From positions 558,001-622,000 of the forward strand of contig QPGO01000019.1 of assembly GCA_008632985.1 (NCBI GenBank): a stretch of DNA of 64,000 nucleotides, given 5' to 3'. This document shows, piece by piece, positions 38,126-52,239 of this stretch (position 1 is its first letter; each line of letters starts with the position of its first letter). Position numbers and translations under genes: made by a program. The stretch is from Psammoneis japonica. Its lineage: Eukaryota. The notes below the pieces were generated by a model. The model was not told the origin of the DNA. It saw only the letters and a program-made list of their open reading frames with translations, and did not search any database.

Positions 38126-40833
38126 GTATTTCATAATGTTTGTCTTGTTGAACTAGAAGTTAACATAGTACCCTCGTTGAGACCGTCACGTTTTTGCAGA
38201 ATAACTAGTTTTGAAAAGGTCCAGATTTTCTGACTACTTACAGGGGAACAACATGACTGTTCAAAATGTCGTGGAACTTTCTAACCCTGCACGGACTAAC
38301 ATGCGCCTACTGCTCTACAGATGCAAGGTAAAGATCTCATCAATGGAACTTTGTTCATCGATGAGACAATACAACAGGGGTAAAAGTAAAAGCATTGATA
38401 AGTTAGTACAAATGTTTCTAATATAATGGTGTTTGTATGTTGCATCTGCTTGCTAGAGACTGTTCATTCTAAAATTGATGATCTTATGAAGTCCATGATT
38501 GTGCACGGTGATCCTTTTTGGTTGCAGCAATGAGGATGAAATAGACCTGCCGGGTCACAAGAGAGATTCTACAGTTTGATTGCTTTTCACACCGTAATAC
38601 TGCCAACAACAGAATAGCTCTACTGGCATCTGAGTGCAGTGGCTCTTTCTGGTTGCAGCAAAGAGCATGAAATACTCGGGAAACAAGAAACACAATGCTT
38701 TGTACTGTTACCGGTTGGGGAACTTACTAGTAGATTCATTCATTGCTTCTTTGAAAAGTATTTGGGGACGCTACAGTTTTTGTTTATCCATTCGCACCAC
38801 CGACAACCCCTTCCAGAAATCCCAACTTCACAAGCTGTCAGAAGCGGTATCAACGGCTAGTGGTGCAAAAGTGTTTGTTGAGAGTGCTGCAGAAATAGGG
38901 ACACTATCAATCACTACATGGCTACGACATTATTAAAGTTCGAGAAGTAATTACTGTAGAAATAAGCCTGCTAGATTTTTAGTGGGTTAACCCAAACGGA
39001 TTCGGAGTAGACTAACTCGGCAAAAAAATGTCCACATCCGGATTTTTCCATTGTAGAATTTTCACTGTGAACTGCGTAGGTGAAAGATTTTGGACAAAGG
39101 AAATGCGAGCTTCGGGGTGCGAAGAATTCGGCGTTCAACTGGACACAAGGATAATGCAAGAGATAGCCAATACATGCACGCAACGGAGTTGATACCGCCG
39201 TCTTGAGGGCCTACGCAGAGGACCACAAAATCTTTTGTATTTTATTCGGATCTGGTTCTAGCAGCCAACATGTTTTTTGCTCAATATATAATATAAGAAG
39301 AGAATAAAGTGAACCACTTACATTTTTTATGGTAAAATGGGTGCAATTAAAGAATTTACCCTGAGATGGACAATTCAACAAAAAATGTGTAATAATGTGA
39401 GATGAAAGTAAGCTCCATGAATACTTTTAGTTTGAGTAAATAGCTTTGTATTACCATTGATGCCATTAACTTTTTCCGTACCCGCTGGACAACGTAATTA
39501 TTGTTTCCATCATCATTTTTTAAGTAACTTTCGAACAATGACTGAAGTGACCACATGTCGAACCATAGACATTTAGTTTAGACAAAGTCGCTTTTCCCTT
39601 TTCCCTAGTTCGTTCCTACATACGACCCTCCAGCATTGCATGCAAAGGATTATCATTATTTGATTTGGTAATTCCATAATTGAAAGTTTTAGGTAAGGTC
39701 GCAAACCCCTGATATTGACCCAAACAGCTCGTGATTTTCACCGCAGTGACTTTGGACGTTCCAGGTGAGTGCAATGGAGATTGGGCGGCCTTCTGAGGCC
39801 CATTTTCAGGCAATGCGAAGAAGCACTACAAAAACTCAAGCCACAAGATGGGGTATCTGATAAGCGAATACTTTCAGCCGTCTTACTTTGAGCCCGAAGT
39901 GACGTCGACTCCTGGTTCTCTGAATACATCCCAGAATTATCAAACGGCTCCTTTCATGAACAGGATATGACAAGAAAACAATTCAAAGCAAAAAGTGAGC
40001 TCATATTGTATACTCTCTGAATGCGCTTGTATGGTTTACACATACAGTAGACAAAATATTTTCTGACTGCTATAGCAAGATTACGACCTGTTCGAATTAG
40101 AATGCTTCTGTCTAAGATATCTAGCATAGTTCTAGTCTCTTAACCCTTCAACCACCAAGGTGTCCAAAGTCGACATTGAACTTTCTAAATTGCAAGAATG
40201 GTCCCTCGGAGCTTTCGGCGAATGCGACAAAAGCTTGAGCGACAATGACGATGTTCACGACGAGCGGTGAGTTGCAAATTATCACCTCACGAGGGATACT
40301 CATTCATTTTATTATCGTGATACAGTGCAAATTGATTTATCTGCTTTCGTCCCTCGTGCCACTGGGCCAATTTGGGTCGCGGTGCCTGATGTTCTCGTTT
40401 TCGTGGGCGACCAAACAATTCTTGTAATGGAATTATTCAAACACAACGCTAATTTTAGGATAAACGCAGAAAAAATAAGTCGGCTTTCCCCCTTAAAGAG
40501 TAGCACTGGGTACGGACTACTGTAATGAGTGAGCTTGTTGTTGCTCACAATATAATGTGCTAATACTACCTGCAACGAAGTAACTCATATAAGCTAATAA
40601 TAAGAATGACAGCAATGAAAATCGCATGCCACTGTGAACCTTATTCATAGGTTCTTCTCTGTCAGCGCCAAAATACCGGCCATGCATTGACAGTAAGCTG
40701 CTTTTGAGAGAAATTCCTTCCCTTCACTACTTCACTTCTTGGCAAGTGTAGAAAGAATAGATCTGCTTGCAGGCGGTACAGCAACAACTGTCAACCGAGC
40801 CAAATCCGTCTTTCTTGAGTTGATAGACCAATC

Positions 40834-41149
40834 CCTCTTGGGCTATTCCTCCAAGATCTTTATTGTTTATGGGAGGTAATGATGATTCTCAGTGCAACAA
40901 AAAGAAAGATATGTCATACGCTGAACGAGTCAATGCTCAATGCAATGGTAGCTGATTGACTTTGTTACCTGACCTTATTGTACATTGTTGTCCTCTTGGG
41001 CTATTCCTCCAAGATCTTTATTGTTTATGGGAGGTAATGATGATTCTCAGTGCAACAAAAAGAAAGATATGTCATACGCAGAACGAGTCAATGCTCAATG
41101 CAATGGTAGCTGATTGACTTTGTTACCTGACCTTATTGTACATTGTTGT
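40834..41149. repeat. 158-bp near-perfect tandem duplication
   Basis: cctcttgggctattcc...cattgttgt at 40834 and 40992; one mismatch seen. Confidence 0.95.
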
Positions 41150-41292
41150 GATCGAAAAGGCGAGCGAAGGTGAGATGCCATGATTTCTCTCAGTGAATTA
41201 TTGACATATATGAAGAATGTTGTTTTAGCAAAAATTCTACCGTAAAAGGAGGTTTCCCACCCTTAAATACAGCAACTGCGTGTGTACGGAGA

Positions 41293-41490
41293 AAGTTAAA
41301 GAAAACACCCTGAGATGGACAATTCCAAAAATGTATGTAAAAAATGTGAGAAAAGTGGGCTCCATGAATAATTTTGGAAAAAATTCGTTTTAATTCGAGT
41401 GATTAAGTTTGCATGACCATGGATGCCATTGAAGAAACACCCTGAGATGGAGAATTCTAAAAAATGTGTGTGTTTAAGAAAGCCATGTTG
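41293..41490. repeat. Two copies of a short repeat also present at ~39346-39425
   Basis: accctgagatgga(c/g)aatt motif at ~39358, ~41307 and ~41439. Confidence 0.75.
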
Positions 41491-41539
41491 CTGGGCAACA
41501 TGCATGAGTCCTGCTGATGTCTTCATGGCACGAGCCCAC

Positions 41540-42470
41540 CCCTCTGACCCACATCGGGTTGCCGCAACTGATCCCATTGCTGCCACTCGTCTGGGCGTCA
41601 GTGAAAATGCTCGCAGCCAAGAGACAGCAGGCCCGGCACAAGGAAAGGATCACTTGTGCTGTTGACCCACATCGGGTCGCCGCAGCTGACCCCATTGCTG
41701 GCTGCCGATCATCTGCCAAGAAGAACAAGGGGTCGCCGGGGGCATCTTAATCTGTCCATCTGCCTTCTCCTGCGTTCGCTGCTGTTGCTTGTGCGCATGC
41801 ACGGTGACTCCTCCAAGAGCATGGCCGCCCACAAGCAATCATCTCCTTGTGCTTGGCCTGCCGTCTTGGCTCCGAGAATCGAAGATTCCCTGCACCGAGG
41901 ATGTCACAGTGCAGAGCTGCCAAAATGGCATCAACAATCAGCGCGCCAATGTGTCCAATGCACAGAACACACTGCCAGCAGAAAATGTGGAGCAAATCTG
42001 CGGATCCAACTCCGTCTGGTGCCGACTCATTGTGCAAAGTGCGGTGTGTGCATGCCCGAGTCATTGGAGGCAATGTGGCCAGCCAAAAAAAGAAAAAGAT
42101 GGGGCTGAAACCGAGACTTGCACCCCAGCTGAAACAGATGGTGGGCACCCAAATCGAAGATTCCCTGCCGCCAAGGATGTCACGGTGCAGAGCTGCCAAA
42201 ATGGCCTCAACAATCAGCACACAAAAAATGTGTCCAATGCACGGAATGCACATGAGCACATGTTTTGTTTGTGTGATGCTGCTGAGCCAGCAGCCAGCAG
42301 AAAAAGGGGAACAGATCTGTGGATCTGCTGCCTGACATTCCGTTTGACACCGACTCATTGTGCGAAGTGCTGTGTGCACGCCCGTGTCATTGGAGGCAAT
42401 GTGGCCAGCTGGGAAAAAAGGAAAAAAGGGATTGAAACCAAGACTTGCACCCCTGACAGAAACAGATGTT
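41540..42470 (+). repeat. Left arm of a modular repeat, inverted relative to 52240-52965
   Basis: ccaagagcatggccgcccacaag..ctccttgtgct (~41813) is the reverse complement of agcacaaggag..cttgtgggtggccatgctcttgg (~52559). Contains ~270-bp tandem subunits. Confidence 0.8.
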
Positions 42471-43299
42471 GGGCACCCATGCTGAGATCATGAGCAGTCG
42501 AGTGACACAACAACTGCCACCACAACGGCGTGTTTTGGAACACAGGAGTGAACCGGCTCTCTGCCAAGGACCTCCACAAGCATTTTGACAACCCACAGCA
42601 CAACCACCTTGCAGAGATGAGCAACCTTGGGCACAACACTCTGCTCCAAATCAAGAAGAACAAGAGTGGAGAAGTTGTTTCCAAGCTCACTGTGCTTCTC
42701 ATGTCAAGCAGATTTTTGATGTCGTGGTGCAGCACCATCGCCAAATGTGTGGCCATCTTAAGCTGGCATGCACGTTTGACAACATTGAGAAAAAACAAAC
42801 TGTGGGGCAATGACAGTCAGTCAGCGCTGGTGCCTGGTGCCGCTGCACACCCTTGCTCGCAGGTGAGACTGTGAGCTGCATGATGGCTCACACCAAAAAA
42901 AGAACTCGAGCGAGCCAGAATTCTTGAAGAGGCAACGTGTCACGGAATGATGACGCAGTGGCAAATGCAAGTGCACGCAAGGGCGTGGCACTGCGCACCT
43001 CTCCCTTCTACAAGAATCAAAGCAACAAGCAAGAAGAAAGCCGCAAACACCACTGCAATGTGCCCTCTCATGGACAGACTTGTCTTGATGCCCTCATGCG
43101 CCAAGGCGGCAACTCTGCCTGCCAGAGTCCCACCGCTGCAAGCAGTCAAGAGGCCCGTGACTGTGCAATGGCTTCCAGGCTTCCGTGCAAAGAAGACACT
43201 GCACTTCCAGGGTCAACCCAGATGTCAGCACCAGCAGAGGTGTGAGCAGCACATTGTCGGAGTCCCAGCCATTGCGCAAGCATCTCTGCTGCCTCCCAA

Positions 43300-44760
43300 G
43301 CCTCAACACTGCATTTGGTTTTCTCAAAGGCACACATTGCCAAGCTTCACCCACCAAATCTGTGCTTTCCCAATGCTCCCAGGAAATCAAGGATGCCTGC
43401 TCCATGCCGATCAACCACAACACTCATCAGTGGACTTGCTCAACATCAAACATTGGAAATTGGACAGGACCGGCGCTGAGAAGCTCATGAAGACTTGGCT
43501 TCCACAAGCAACTCATGGGGCAAAGAAAGACCAAAAGGTCATCAAGTTGACATTTTTGGGCTGTCCAATGACCATGGAAGGAGCACTTGTAATCACAGCA
43601 TTTTTTGATCAGGCAGAATGTGCGACAACGCACCCAGCATGTTGACCCAATGGAGATTTTGACAAAAAACCAAGCGGCTCTGGTTCAGCAGCAATGCACA
43701 CTGTTTGTGGTGCCCTGAAAGGAGTGCCTGCTGGCATCCATTGCTTTGCGTGCAATGAAAATGCAATGAACCCTGATGTTTCTGGAGCAGTGACGAAACT
43801 CTTCTGCAGCCTGCACAAAAACACTCCCAATGAACCCTGACATTGCTGGAGCAGTGACAAAACTCTTCTGCAGCCTGCACAAAGACACACTCCTTGCTGT
43901 TTTGCTCTGCAATTTGGGTCTTGAAGCAAAGAGTTTTGCCGCCATTCTTGAAGCACTTGCGCCACTTGCTGCATCCCTCAGGGTGTTTGCTCTTGGCAGT
44001 GTGTGACAGCATGCTTAGATTCCAACAATGGCACTGCATTGATGGCCATTGGTGAACTTGTCACAGTGGACCCTTGTCTGGAGAGACTCAAGCTCCATGA
44101 GTTGCAAGGTAAAATGACTGAGAGTGTGTGGAGTGCAGCTCTCAATGTGTGAACAAGCATGTCAATGAGCAGGTCTTGGCACAAGCCTCACAACAACCTC
44201 AAGGCTGTGGATCTAACTGGTGCCTGTGTTGGATTTCACAAAGTGGGCCATCCACCCCTTTGCCTTGCGTGGAGCAATGAGTCAAGTGCTTGAATCTTTC
44301 TGACACAGAACTGTGCCCTGAGGGTTTTAAGAAAGTGATTTGCGGCTGGAAGTGGAAACGGCACCAGCTGGTTCAATTGAATTTGGAGGCCGTTGAGCTT
44401 GAGGAAAAGGCAGGGGCCACTCTTGGAGAGTTCCTGAGAACCCAAAAGGAGATGTCAAAGCTGAGCTGGCTGAGACTGAAAAATCGGCAACAGTGGCCTC
44501 AGGCACATTCTAGCGGGACTGGTTTTGGGGTTGCCAGTGCCAGCATCTGGTGGTTTCAGGGTTGACACCACACGCCCAACAATGCTGGAGTGCTTGAACA
44601 TTGCCACCAATGATTTGAGCAACAACAGCTTCACATGCGTTGTGGAATTTCTGATGATGGTTAGAGTGCTTTCATCTCTCAACTGAAAGGAGTGGCATTG
44701 AGCAGAACAACAAAGCAGCCAGGGACATGAAAAAGAGCTGTTCATCTGGACACTCCTGTG
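43300..44760 (+). pseudogene. Leucine-rich-repeat (RNI-like) pseudogene
   Basis: Broken frames with LKAVDLTG, LNLSDTELCPEG, LVQLNLEAVEL, LSWLRLKN and LECLNIATNDLSNNS. Confidence 0.6.
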
Positions 44761-45599
44761 TCAATGGATTCTCAATGTGAAGCCTTCCCTTTTTTGCCCT
44801 CATCAGCTGTGTCCTGCAAGCAGTCTCCATCACACAAGGGCAATGTTGTCAGCACCAACGGATGACCAGCAGTGTCTGACTCCGCAAGCCAGTTGATCAG
44901 GATTGCATTGCGATCCACCTCATTTTGATTGATCTCAACATCAGAATGCAAGCACATCCTCAAAATGGCCCAATGCCATCTGGGTCCATTGCCGTGCAAT
45001 TGCCAGGTTGCTCTAAAAATTGGCCTCTGCACCGCATCTCTCTTTCTAGTCCGCCATTGCGGTCATCAGATCTTGTGTCTGTCCTGTGTCAGAAAACACG
45101 TTTTGACCATTGCAATGGTTCCACATGAATCACTTGTGTGCTGTGTTGTGTTCTGAACATGCCTTGTCTTTGAGTGTTCAAGAGAGGACATTCTCCTCAA
45201 AATCGCCACAAACTCTGACGTCAATTTACACACATCTTCAAGCATGTCTCTCGGATCTGGGAGCTTCTACAAATGTTTGATTCCTGACACAACTGGCTTG
45301 TCATCTGTGCACTCTACGGAGAAAATTCGTGACCACAACTTTCCAAGATTTCAAATCTCTTGGCACGGGATCAATTTTCCCTCAATTTTTCTTTCCGTTC
45401 ATCAAAATGTTGACCTGGCTGCTCTGTGCAGCTCTCGGACTTGCAGAGCTTTGCAAATCTGATTCTGATCATGCAAAGCGATCCCTCTGATTTACTCCAA
45501 CTTTCTGGCAGAATTTCTGTGGCATTTTGTGCCAAATTTCTCATCCAAAAACCTCATTTCTCTCTCACAAAACTTTGGTTTTGTCTTTTGTACTTGCCT

Positions 45600-48500
45600 T
45601 TCAAGTCTGCTCATTGTCTCCCATCTTGCCATGGCTGCCAACATCCTTGCCGCCATTGAACACAGAAAAGCTTTGCCTGTCAAGCATTGTTCGCAGTCGG
45701 ATGTGCAAGCCGAGTTTGCTCTCAACCAGTCAAAGCTGGTCCTCTGCCGTGACACCACCAATGCTGTTCTTGCTGACCATGTCCATGGTCAGTTTGATCA
45801 GTTTCTTGTGTTCTGCAAAGGCTGCATTGTCCCCGTTACAAAGCCCATCCCCTTCATCAAGGATGGCAACCAAGTCAAGTTCCTTTTGAACTTTTCCAAC
45901 ACTGTTGGGGAAGTTGCTTCCATGTCAGATGCTCACCAATGTGTTCAAGGACACTTTGTGACTCTTGCACATCATGCAGACATTGTCACGTTCAACTTGC
46001 CTTGAACTGAGACTCCTCCGGATGATGTCAAAGGTCCACTGCTTGTGGATGGTGCTCAAGACCCGGCATCTCTCGAACGCCTCCACTTTGGAAATCCCAC
46101 TGCTCAGGACAAACAACTGGTTGTTGCTGCTCTTCCAGTGGCCTTCTCTGCCCCCCCCTCCCAGGCTGCTCCCACAGGCTGCTCCCATCCCTTGGATTTC
46201 ATTCCCGGTGGAAATTGCCCCACAACGGTGGCCAACTTTCCTGCAGTTGACATGTGGCAGAAAGGCATTGGTGCTTGCATCCAACAGCACAATGCCAACT
46301 GCTCTCTCAATGAAGGTGGACCTCTTTTTGACCAAGCTGCTGATGGTCTCCAAGTTGTTGACGACTTCATTGGTCTTAACATTTTTCCACTTTAACAACA
46401 ACAATTTTCTGGTGGTTGCACCTTTCTTGGACAGCTGCTGTCATGTCCAAACTGCCATCAAGACATTTTCTGATGTGACCTGGCAGGCATTGGGGGCCAC
46501 AATTCTGATGGGCCAGCCTGCTTGTCTCAGAAATGGTGCTCAAGCTCTTGGCGCCACTGCTCAAGCTCCCATTGCTGTCCAAGTTGAGGCTCCCAAATCC
46601 AAGAAGGACAAGGACCTCAAGAAGAGGGCCAGTGATGTCCAGGCTCATTTTTTGTTGACATTTTGCCACAAGGTGGTTGGATCTGATGCTGTTGCTCTTG
46701 GCCAGCTCAAGCAAGTCTTCATCAAGGCTCTTCAAGAGTCGAACAACACAGAATGGGCTCGCCTGATCAAAGAGATCATTGCTGCTGCTCTCAATGGTGT
46801 CAAAACCATGAACATCTTCAACCAAGCAGTTGCTCTTTGCCCAGCTTGTGTCAACAAAGGCCTTTGCTGATGGCATCTGTGGCTTCAAGTTCACAGATGC
46901 ACCACCAAACACATCTGTGATGATCTTTTTATCCAAGATCAACATGCCCAACTTCCTTGCTCCTTTTGTGGACACCTTGGAACATGCCAAGATTGTCAAA
47001 GAAAGGCAGGAGTTCAGCAACCACTCTGTGAACACTTGCTCCAAGACTGTGACCACTGAGTCAATCAAGAATCCACCTTGCATGCTCATGGTTGTGCTCA
47101 AGACTCATTGGACATTGTTGCAGCTTGGAGCAACTTCAGGCTTAACTTCAATGACACCTTCATTTGGCAGCAGCTTGCCCGTCCTTTTTCCATCACCTTT
47201 GGCAAGATCAGGAAGCAGTGGATCACAAGCAATGACAACACCCATGAAATCACTGTGAACATGCCAAACAACATCCAAGCCATTGTCCGCACCTTTGCCC
47301 AGCTCGGCAGCATTCTCCAATGCCATGAGGTGATTCACACTTTGCAAGACATCAGCATGATTTGCACTTTGAAAGACATCAGCATCAGGGCTCTTGACAT
47401 CTCCAAGCATCTGACAAACCAATCCATCCAGGATTTGGAGACCAATGTTGGTCATGGTCCTTCTGGATCCTTTGGAAGCAAGTGTGTGCTCTGCCAGCTT
47501 GGTGAGAAGTCTAACTCTACCTTGACAACAGCTGAACATGCACCAGATTCTCCTGCCACTGCTGCTTCTCCAGATGAGAAGCTCAAGTCTCCTCTGACCA
47601 CATCAGCAGATGAACTCAAGGTCCGCAAGAAGCCCAGCCATCTCTGGAAATCCTTGTCAGCCACCTGTTGTCCCCATCTTGGCAAAGAAGGGCCCCAAAT
47701 CAAAAACCAAGGAATGTCTGTGCTCCCATTTTATGATTCGTGGGTCCAGTTTTGCACCAGTGCCAGGTGCAGCAAGCCTCACATCACAAATTTACACAGC
47801 CTTCCCAAGGCAAAGCGCAAAGAGTTGATTGACTTCATTGAAAAGTCTGACACTCTTTCCTTTGCCAAAGGGAAAGGTCCCAGTGGTGCGTCTTCTTAGT
47901 TTTGTCATCTGACAAACCAGGGCATTTGTTTGTTGATGTGCATCAATGGCGCTCACACATTTTGACTTTGGGTTTTTTGACCTTGTGCAACCAGCAGCCA
48001 GCAAGAATTGTGGACTCTGCAACAGCTCACACAAGCAGCACACCTGGTGCCTCTCGTCCTGCAGGCACTGATGCGTTCATGGAGGATGATGTTGCCCCTC
48101 CTCTTGTGGGTGGTGACCTCAAGAATGCTTCCAAGTCTCTGGGGTTGGTGGCTCAGGATGTTCCTTGCACTGCACCAGTTTCCTCCAAAGATGTCAAGGA
48201 GTTTTACCCAGTCTTGTCTCCAATGATGGCATCAGGGCATCATCCTGTTCCCATTTCCACAATTGACAACTCTGTGAAAAAAGCTGAGCGAGAAGAGTTC
48301 ATTTGCACTCATCTTTCTGACCGGGTCCGGTCTCAACTGGAAAACCCATTTGGAAAGGACAATGTTCATCAACTGTTTGCCTCAGAGGCTGCTTTTTGCC
48401 ATGTGTTTCTGTCCCTTTGGAAGTCTGGTTTGTTGTCTCCCAGCACTGATGGAAAGAGCTCTTTTGTGCCCCCCAAGGGATGCATCAGGAATTGGGATGA

Positions 48501-51500
48501 CCTTTGTTGTGTGTCCCCAGATGTGTGATGTCTTCATGATCTCCTTCAGGATTGCAAAAATGTCAATTTCAATGCTTTGGAGGGTCGTCCTTAAGGCTGG
48601 GAAGGTGAAACAGAACTCAACCAAGATCACATTGCCCAAACTGCAGCAGGGACACCACTGCACTTTGATGGTAATTTGGCATCATTGGTCAGATGGGTCA
48701 GTGGCCCACTTGTCAGAGTGCATTGGCATGTTTGTCAAATCATCTCCTTTTTGAAGGGGAAGGTGGACCCACAGGTCACACTGACTCTGCAACACATGTG
48801 TCCAGTGGATGGAGTTCTGGCCTGCTGTGATGACCACAACACTGAAGAAACCTTCCAAGCCTGCTTTGGCCATGTGAATCATCTGTCACTTGACTTGGAC
48901 CCAGAGAAAATGCACAAGATGCCAGTCAAGGATTCCAAGAGAGGATTCGTCCTTGTTTTTGACAAAGGCATTGTTCTTCACATGCTCAATTGTCATTTGT
49001 CATCCCAGAGCTTGGTTGACATCAACAAACAATTCAAGAACCCATGTGCAGCATCCGACAGCACATTTCGGCCATTCCTGCATCCACGGCTGTCAACATT
49101 TTTTTGTTGCTTGAATTTGAACCCCCTTGCAGCAGTGCCACAGCCAAGATGGATGTCATTCACTGGATGTGCAACATGCAGGTCTCCAGTCCAACCAAGG
49201 ACATTTGCCCAGTGAGTGATGATGCCACGGGGGCTCACCGAATGATGAGGCATTGCCCTGACCTTGTGGTGATGCATGTTTCAGTTCAGTGTGGATGTGG
49301 CATTGCTCAGATTGGCTGCAACTTCAGAGACACTCCCAACCCCTGCAATTGGGATGGGGGCTGGTCTCAGAGTCATCAGCAGTTGGCACTTGACATGCCT
49401 TCCACATTCTGAATGTTGTCAAGATCATGCAGCCTTTCCTGCCAGAGTTTGAATTTCTGGCACCTCCCATGGAAGATGATGTCTCTTTGTTTGCCCAAGC
49501 TCTGCCAGACTCTTTAAACCCAGGGCTTCTTCAAGATGGCTTGTGTGCATTTCACCAACCTTCAAGCATCATGTCAATGATGACTTGCATGCCAACATCT
49601 AAGACGTTTTACTCCAGACAGTCTGTGTGAGTTCCTTTGCCATCTGTGTCATTCAAGGTTTTCCTCAGGCTGAAGTTCCGAATGCTTTGAGCTTGGAGAA
49701 GCTCAATCTACTTCTCCATTGGATTTGGAAGCTTCTCGGGTGGTTGTGTGATGCCAAGACCTTGACAGTCAGCATGCCTGAGCATGAACACAATGAGCTC
49801 TTGGTGGTCCTCCTTGACTGGATGGCCAAAGTGGACTGGCTTCTTGGGGATGCATCTTCTTTGTTGGGGACCTTCAAGAAGAATCACACTCGATGCTGTC
49901 CTTGAGCTCATTGTTGGTCTTTTCAACTTCAGAACAAACTTTTGGTAGAATCTGATTGCCAGGCATTGCGTCACCCAATGCATGTTTGACAGGTTTGGTT
50001 GTCAAGACCAAATTTTGGACCAACTTCCTCAAAACTCTTCTGCCGTTTGGAACCTGTTGTTGCCAAAGAAAAAGCCCAGCTCATGTGTCACACCTCCAAA
50101 TCAGAACAATGATTTCAAAGCTGCTTTGGTGGTCTCCACAGTTCACCCTCAATCATGTTGAGTCAACTCCCAACCCTTGGGAGGCCAAGATTGGAACTGC
50201 CATCCCATGCAATCCCCACTGTCAAGGGATTGGTGATGCCAGCGGTCTTGGTGGTGGCAGATGCTGCTGAGAATTTCAGTTTTGGCTTTTGTGCTTTGGG
50301 GTCCTGAAATTCAAAGAGAGCCCCAGCTGTGGTTGGACTCTCCAGACCATGTCATGATCAACATTTGTTGGAATTTGTCATTTCCATTCCTGTCTTGGCT
50401 GGTGTTGTTGCCTTTGTGGAGTCCATTGATGAACCACACCAGTCCCTGAACCGTTCTCGGCTCTCTTCTCCCATGATGTTGTTCCAGAGAACTTGGTTGT
50501 CAGGATGCAGACCAACAACATTGCTGGCAATGGTTGGCAAAACAGATGTGCTGCAAGCTCTCTCCAAGGCCAGCAGCTGTCATTAATTTGGTGTGCACTC
50601 TGTGTTCGTGCTTGGCTCGGTCTCAATTCTGGAGGTGTTCACTGGTCTGGTGACTGAATGCAACTGGCTGATGATGTGTCTCCACCATCTGACCCTCACC
50701 TGTCTCATTCTGTTTGTGTTGACCTTTTCCCTCCCAAGTCAAGAGCTGAGAGCTGCCACAACCACTTTACTCTCATCTGTTCTCCAAGTTGCCACTGGTC
50801 CCTGCAGAGACCCTGCAGCACTCAGGACAGCTTGCACGAGATGCGTCCATTGTTTCAAATTCACCAAGGATGTGAAATGGGATGTGGACAACCTGGAGAT
50901 GCTTGTGGAAAAGCTCCCAGAGTGTTGTTGCCAACTGCAACTTGCCATGCATGCTGTGCATGTTGCAGAGGTCAGTTCTGTTTTTTGTGAGCAACTTAAA
51001 GTGGGCTCTACATTTGACTGTGCAAGAGACGTTGCATCATTCATCAAGTTGTTCAGATGCTGCTGTGACTGTTGCCATGATCACCCAACAGATGCAAAGT
51101 TGGGAAAGTTGTTCCAAGATGCCAAGAAGGAACTCCAGCAACATGACAAAGCTCCAAGATGCTGCAAAGGATTTGGTGGTGAGATGCTCCAAGAATCAAA
51201 AGTTTGTGCAAATGCTGTCTGTGCTTCCAACCCTGACAGGGTGCTCTGTGCTGTTGCTGATTGGTGCCAAGCATGCCTGTTTTGTGGTGCCCATCTCCAG
51301 GAATGGGCACAGACAAAGAGCAGATCTGACCCGGCTTGTCTGGCAATCAACGAACTGGGTGGCACCCACACTCAGCATCTCAATGATGTCCCACCAATTG
51401 AACTGATGACCACTGCTGGTGTCTCAAAGGTGCTGACATTTTGTCAGTTCTGGTCTCCTCTGTTGCCAAGATGTGGGTCCAATGATGTGCTCAGAAAAAT

Positions 51501-51950
51501 GAGAAAGACGGCGAGGAAAAACTCTTCACCTTGAACCTCTGGCAAGGTGGTCTTCACTTGGTCAAACCAATGTGCCACATCATTGAATGGTTTGTTCGCA
51601 TTTGTGCAGCCGATGACACCACCACCCCACTGTCCATTTCCAAAGCAGCTGGGGGCAAGGCAAAGCTTGTCACTTTGATGGAAATCAAGAACAACATGTG
51701 CAAGGTTCTTGCCTCAAAAGTCTGTCACCTTCACTGTGCAAAAGAAGAGAAGGCGCTTTCACACTGGCATGCTAATTCTCTTCAGGTTGGAGCTTGCATG
51801 ATGCTCTGCCAGATGAACTTCAGTGGGCAGTCCATCTGATGGCTGTTGCAATGGAGGTCCATGGCATGGCACACCTCAGGAACTCTGCTGTCTTGGCAGA
51901 TCACCAATGCAGAGCTCTTGACCACTCTGCGCCCATGCCTCACCTCTTGC
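45600..51950 (+). mobile_element. Degenerate tyrosine-recombinase retrotransposon (DIRS order)
   Basis: Gag-like frames ending in a Cys/His finger (to 47899); RT remnants (VKDSKRGF, DDATGAHR); RNase H (GIGDASGLGGG); recombinase C-terminus HANSLQVGAC..I.WLLQWRS (from HSLRxGA..RWxS). Confidence 0.8.
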
Positions 51951-52239
51951 AAATTTTGATTTTTTTAAAATTTCTAAAATGTGTTTTGTTTCATGCACTG
52001 TGTGCTTTGCATTTGTTCCACCATGTCCAATCTGAACAACAGCAGTTGGCCTTTGGTCGTGTTTCTTTTTGACACCACTCTTTGCAGCGGCCCTCACTTT
52101 GTGCCGAACTTGTCATCCTCCTTGCATGGATGCCTTTCTTCTTCTGCAGCATGCTTTCCACTTTGGGTTCATGCTCTCTGCTCATTGCCTGATCTTGGGC
52201 TTCAAGCTGTGGTTTAAATTCCTTTTTTTCTGGCTGGCT

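Noticed and set aside
38200..40800. Possible pseudogene fragments
   Set aside because: Only short interrupted frames with no family signal I can support.
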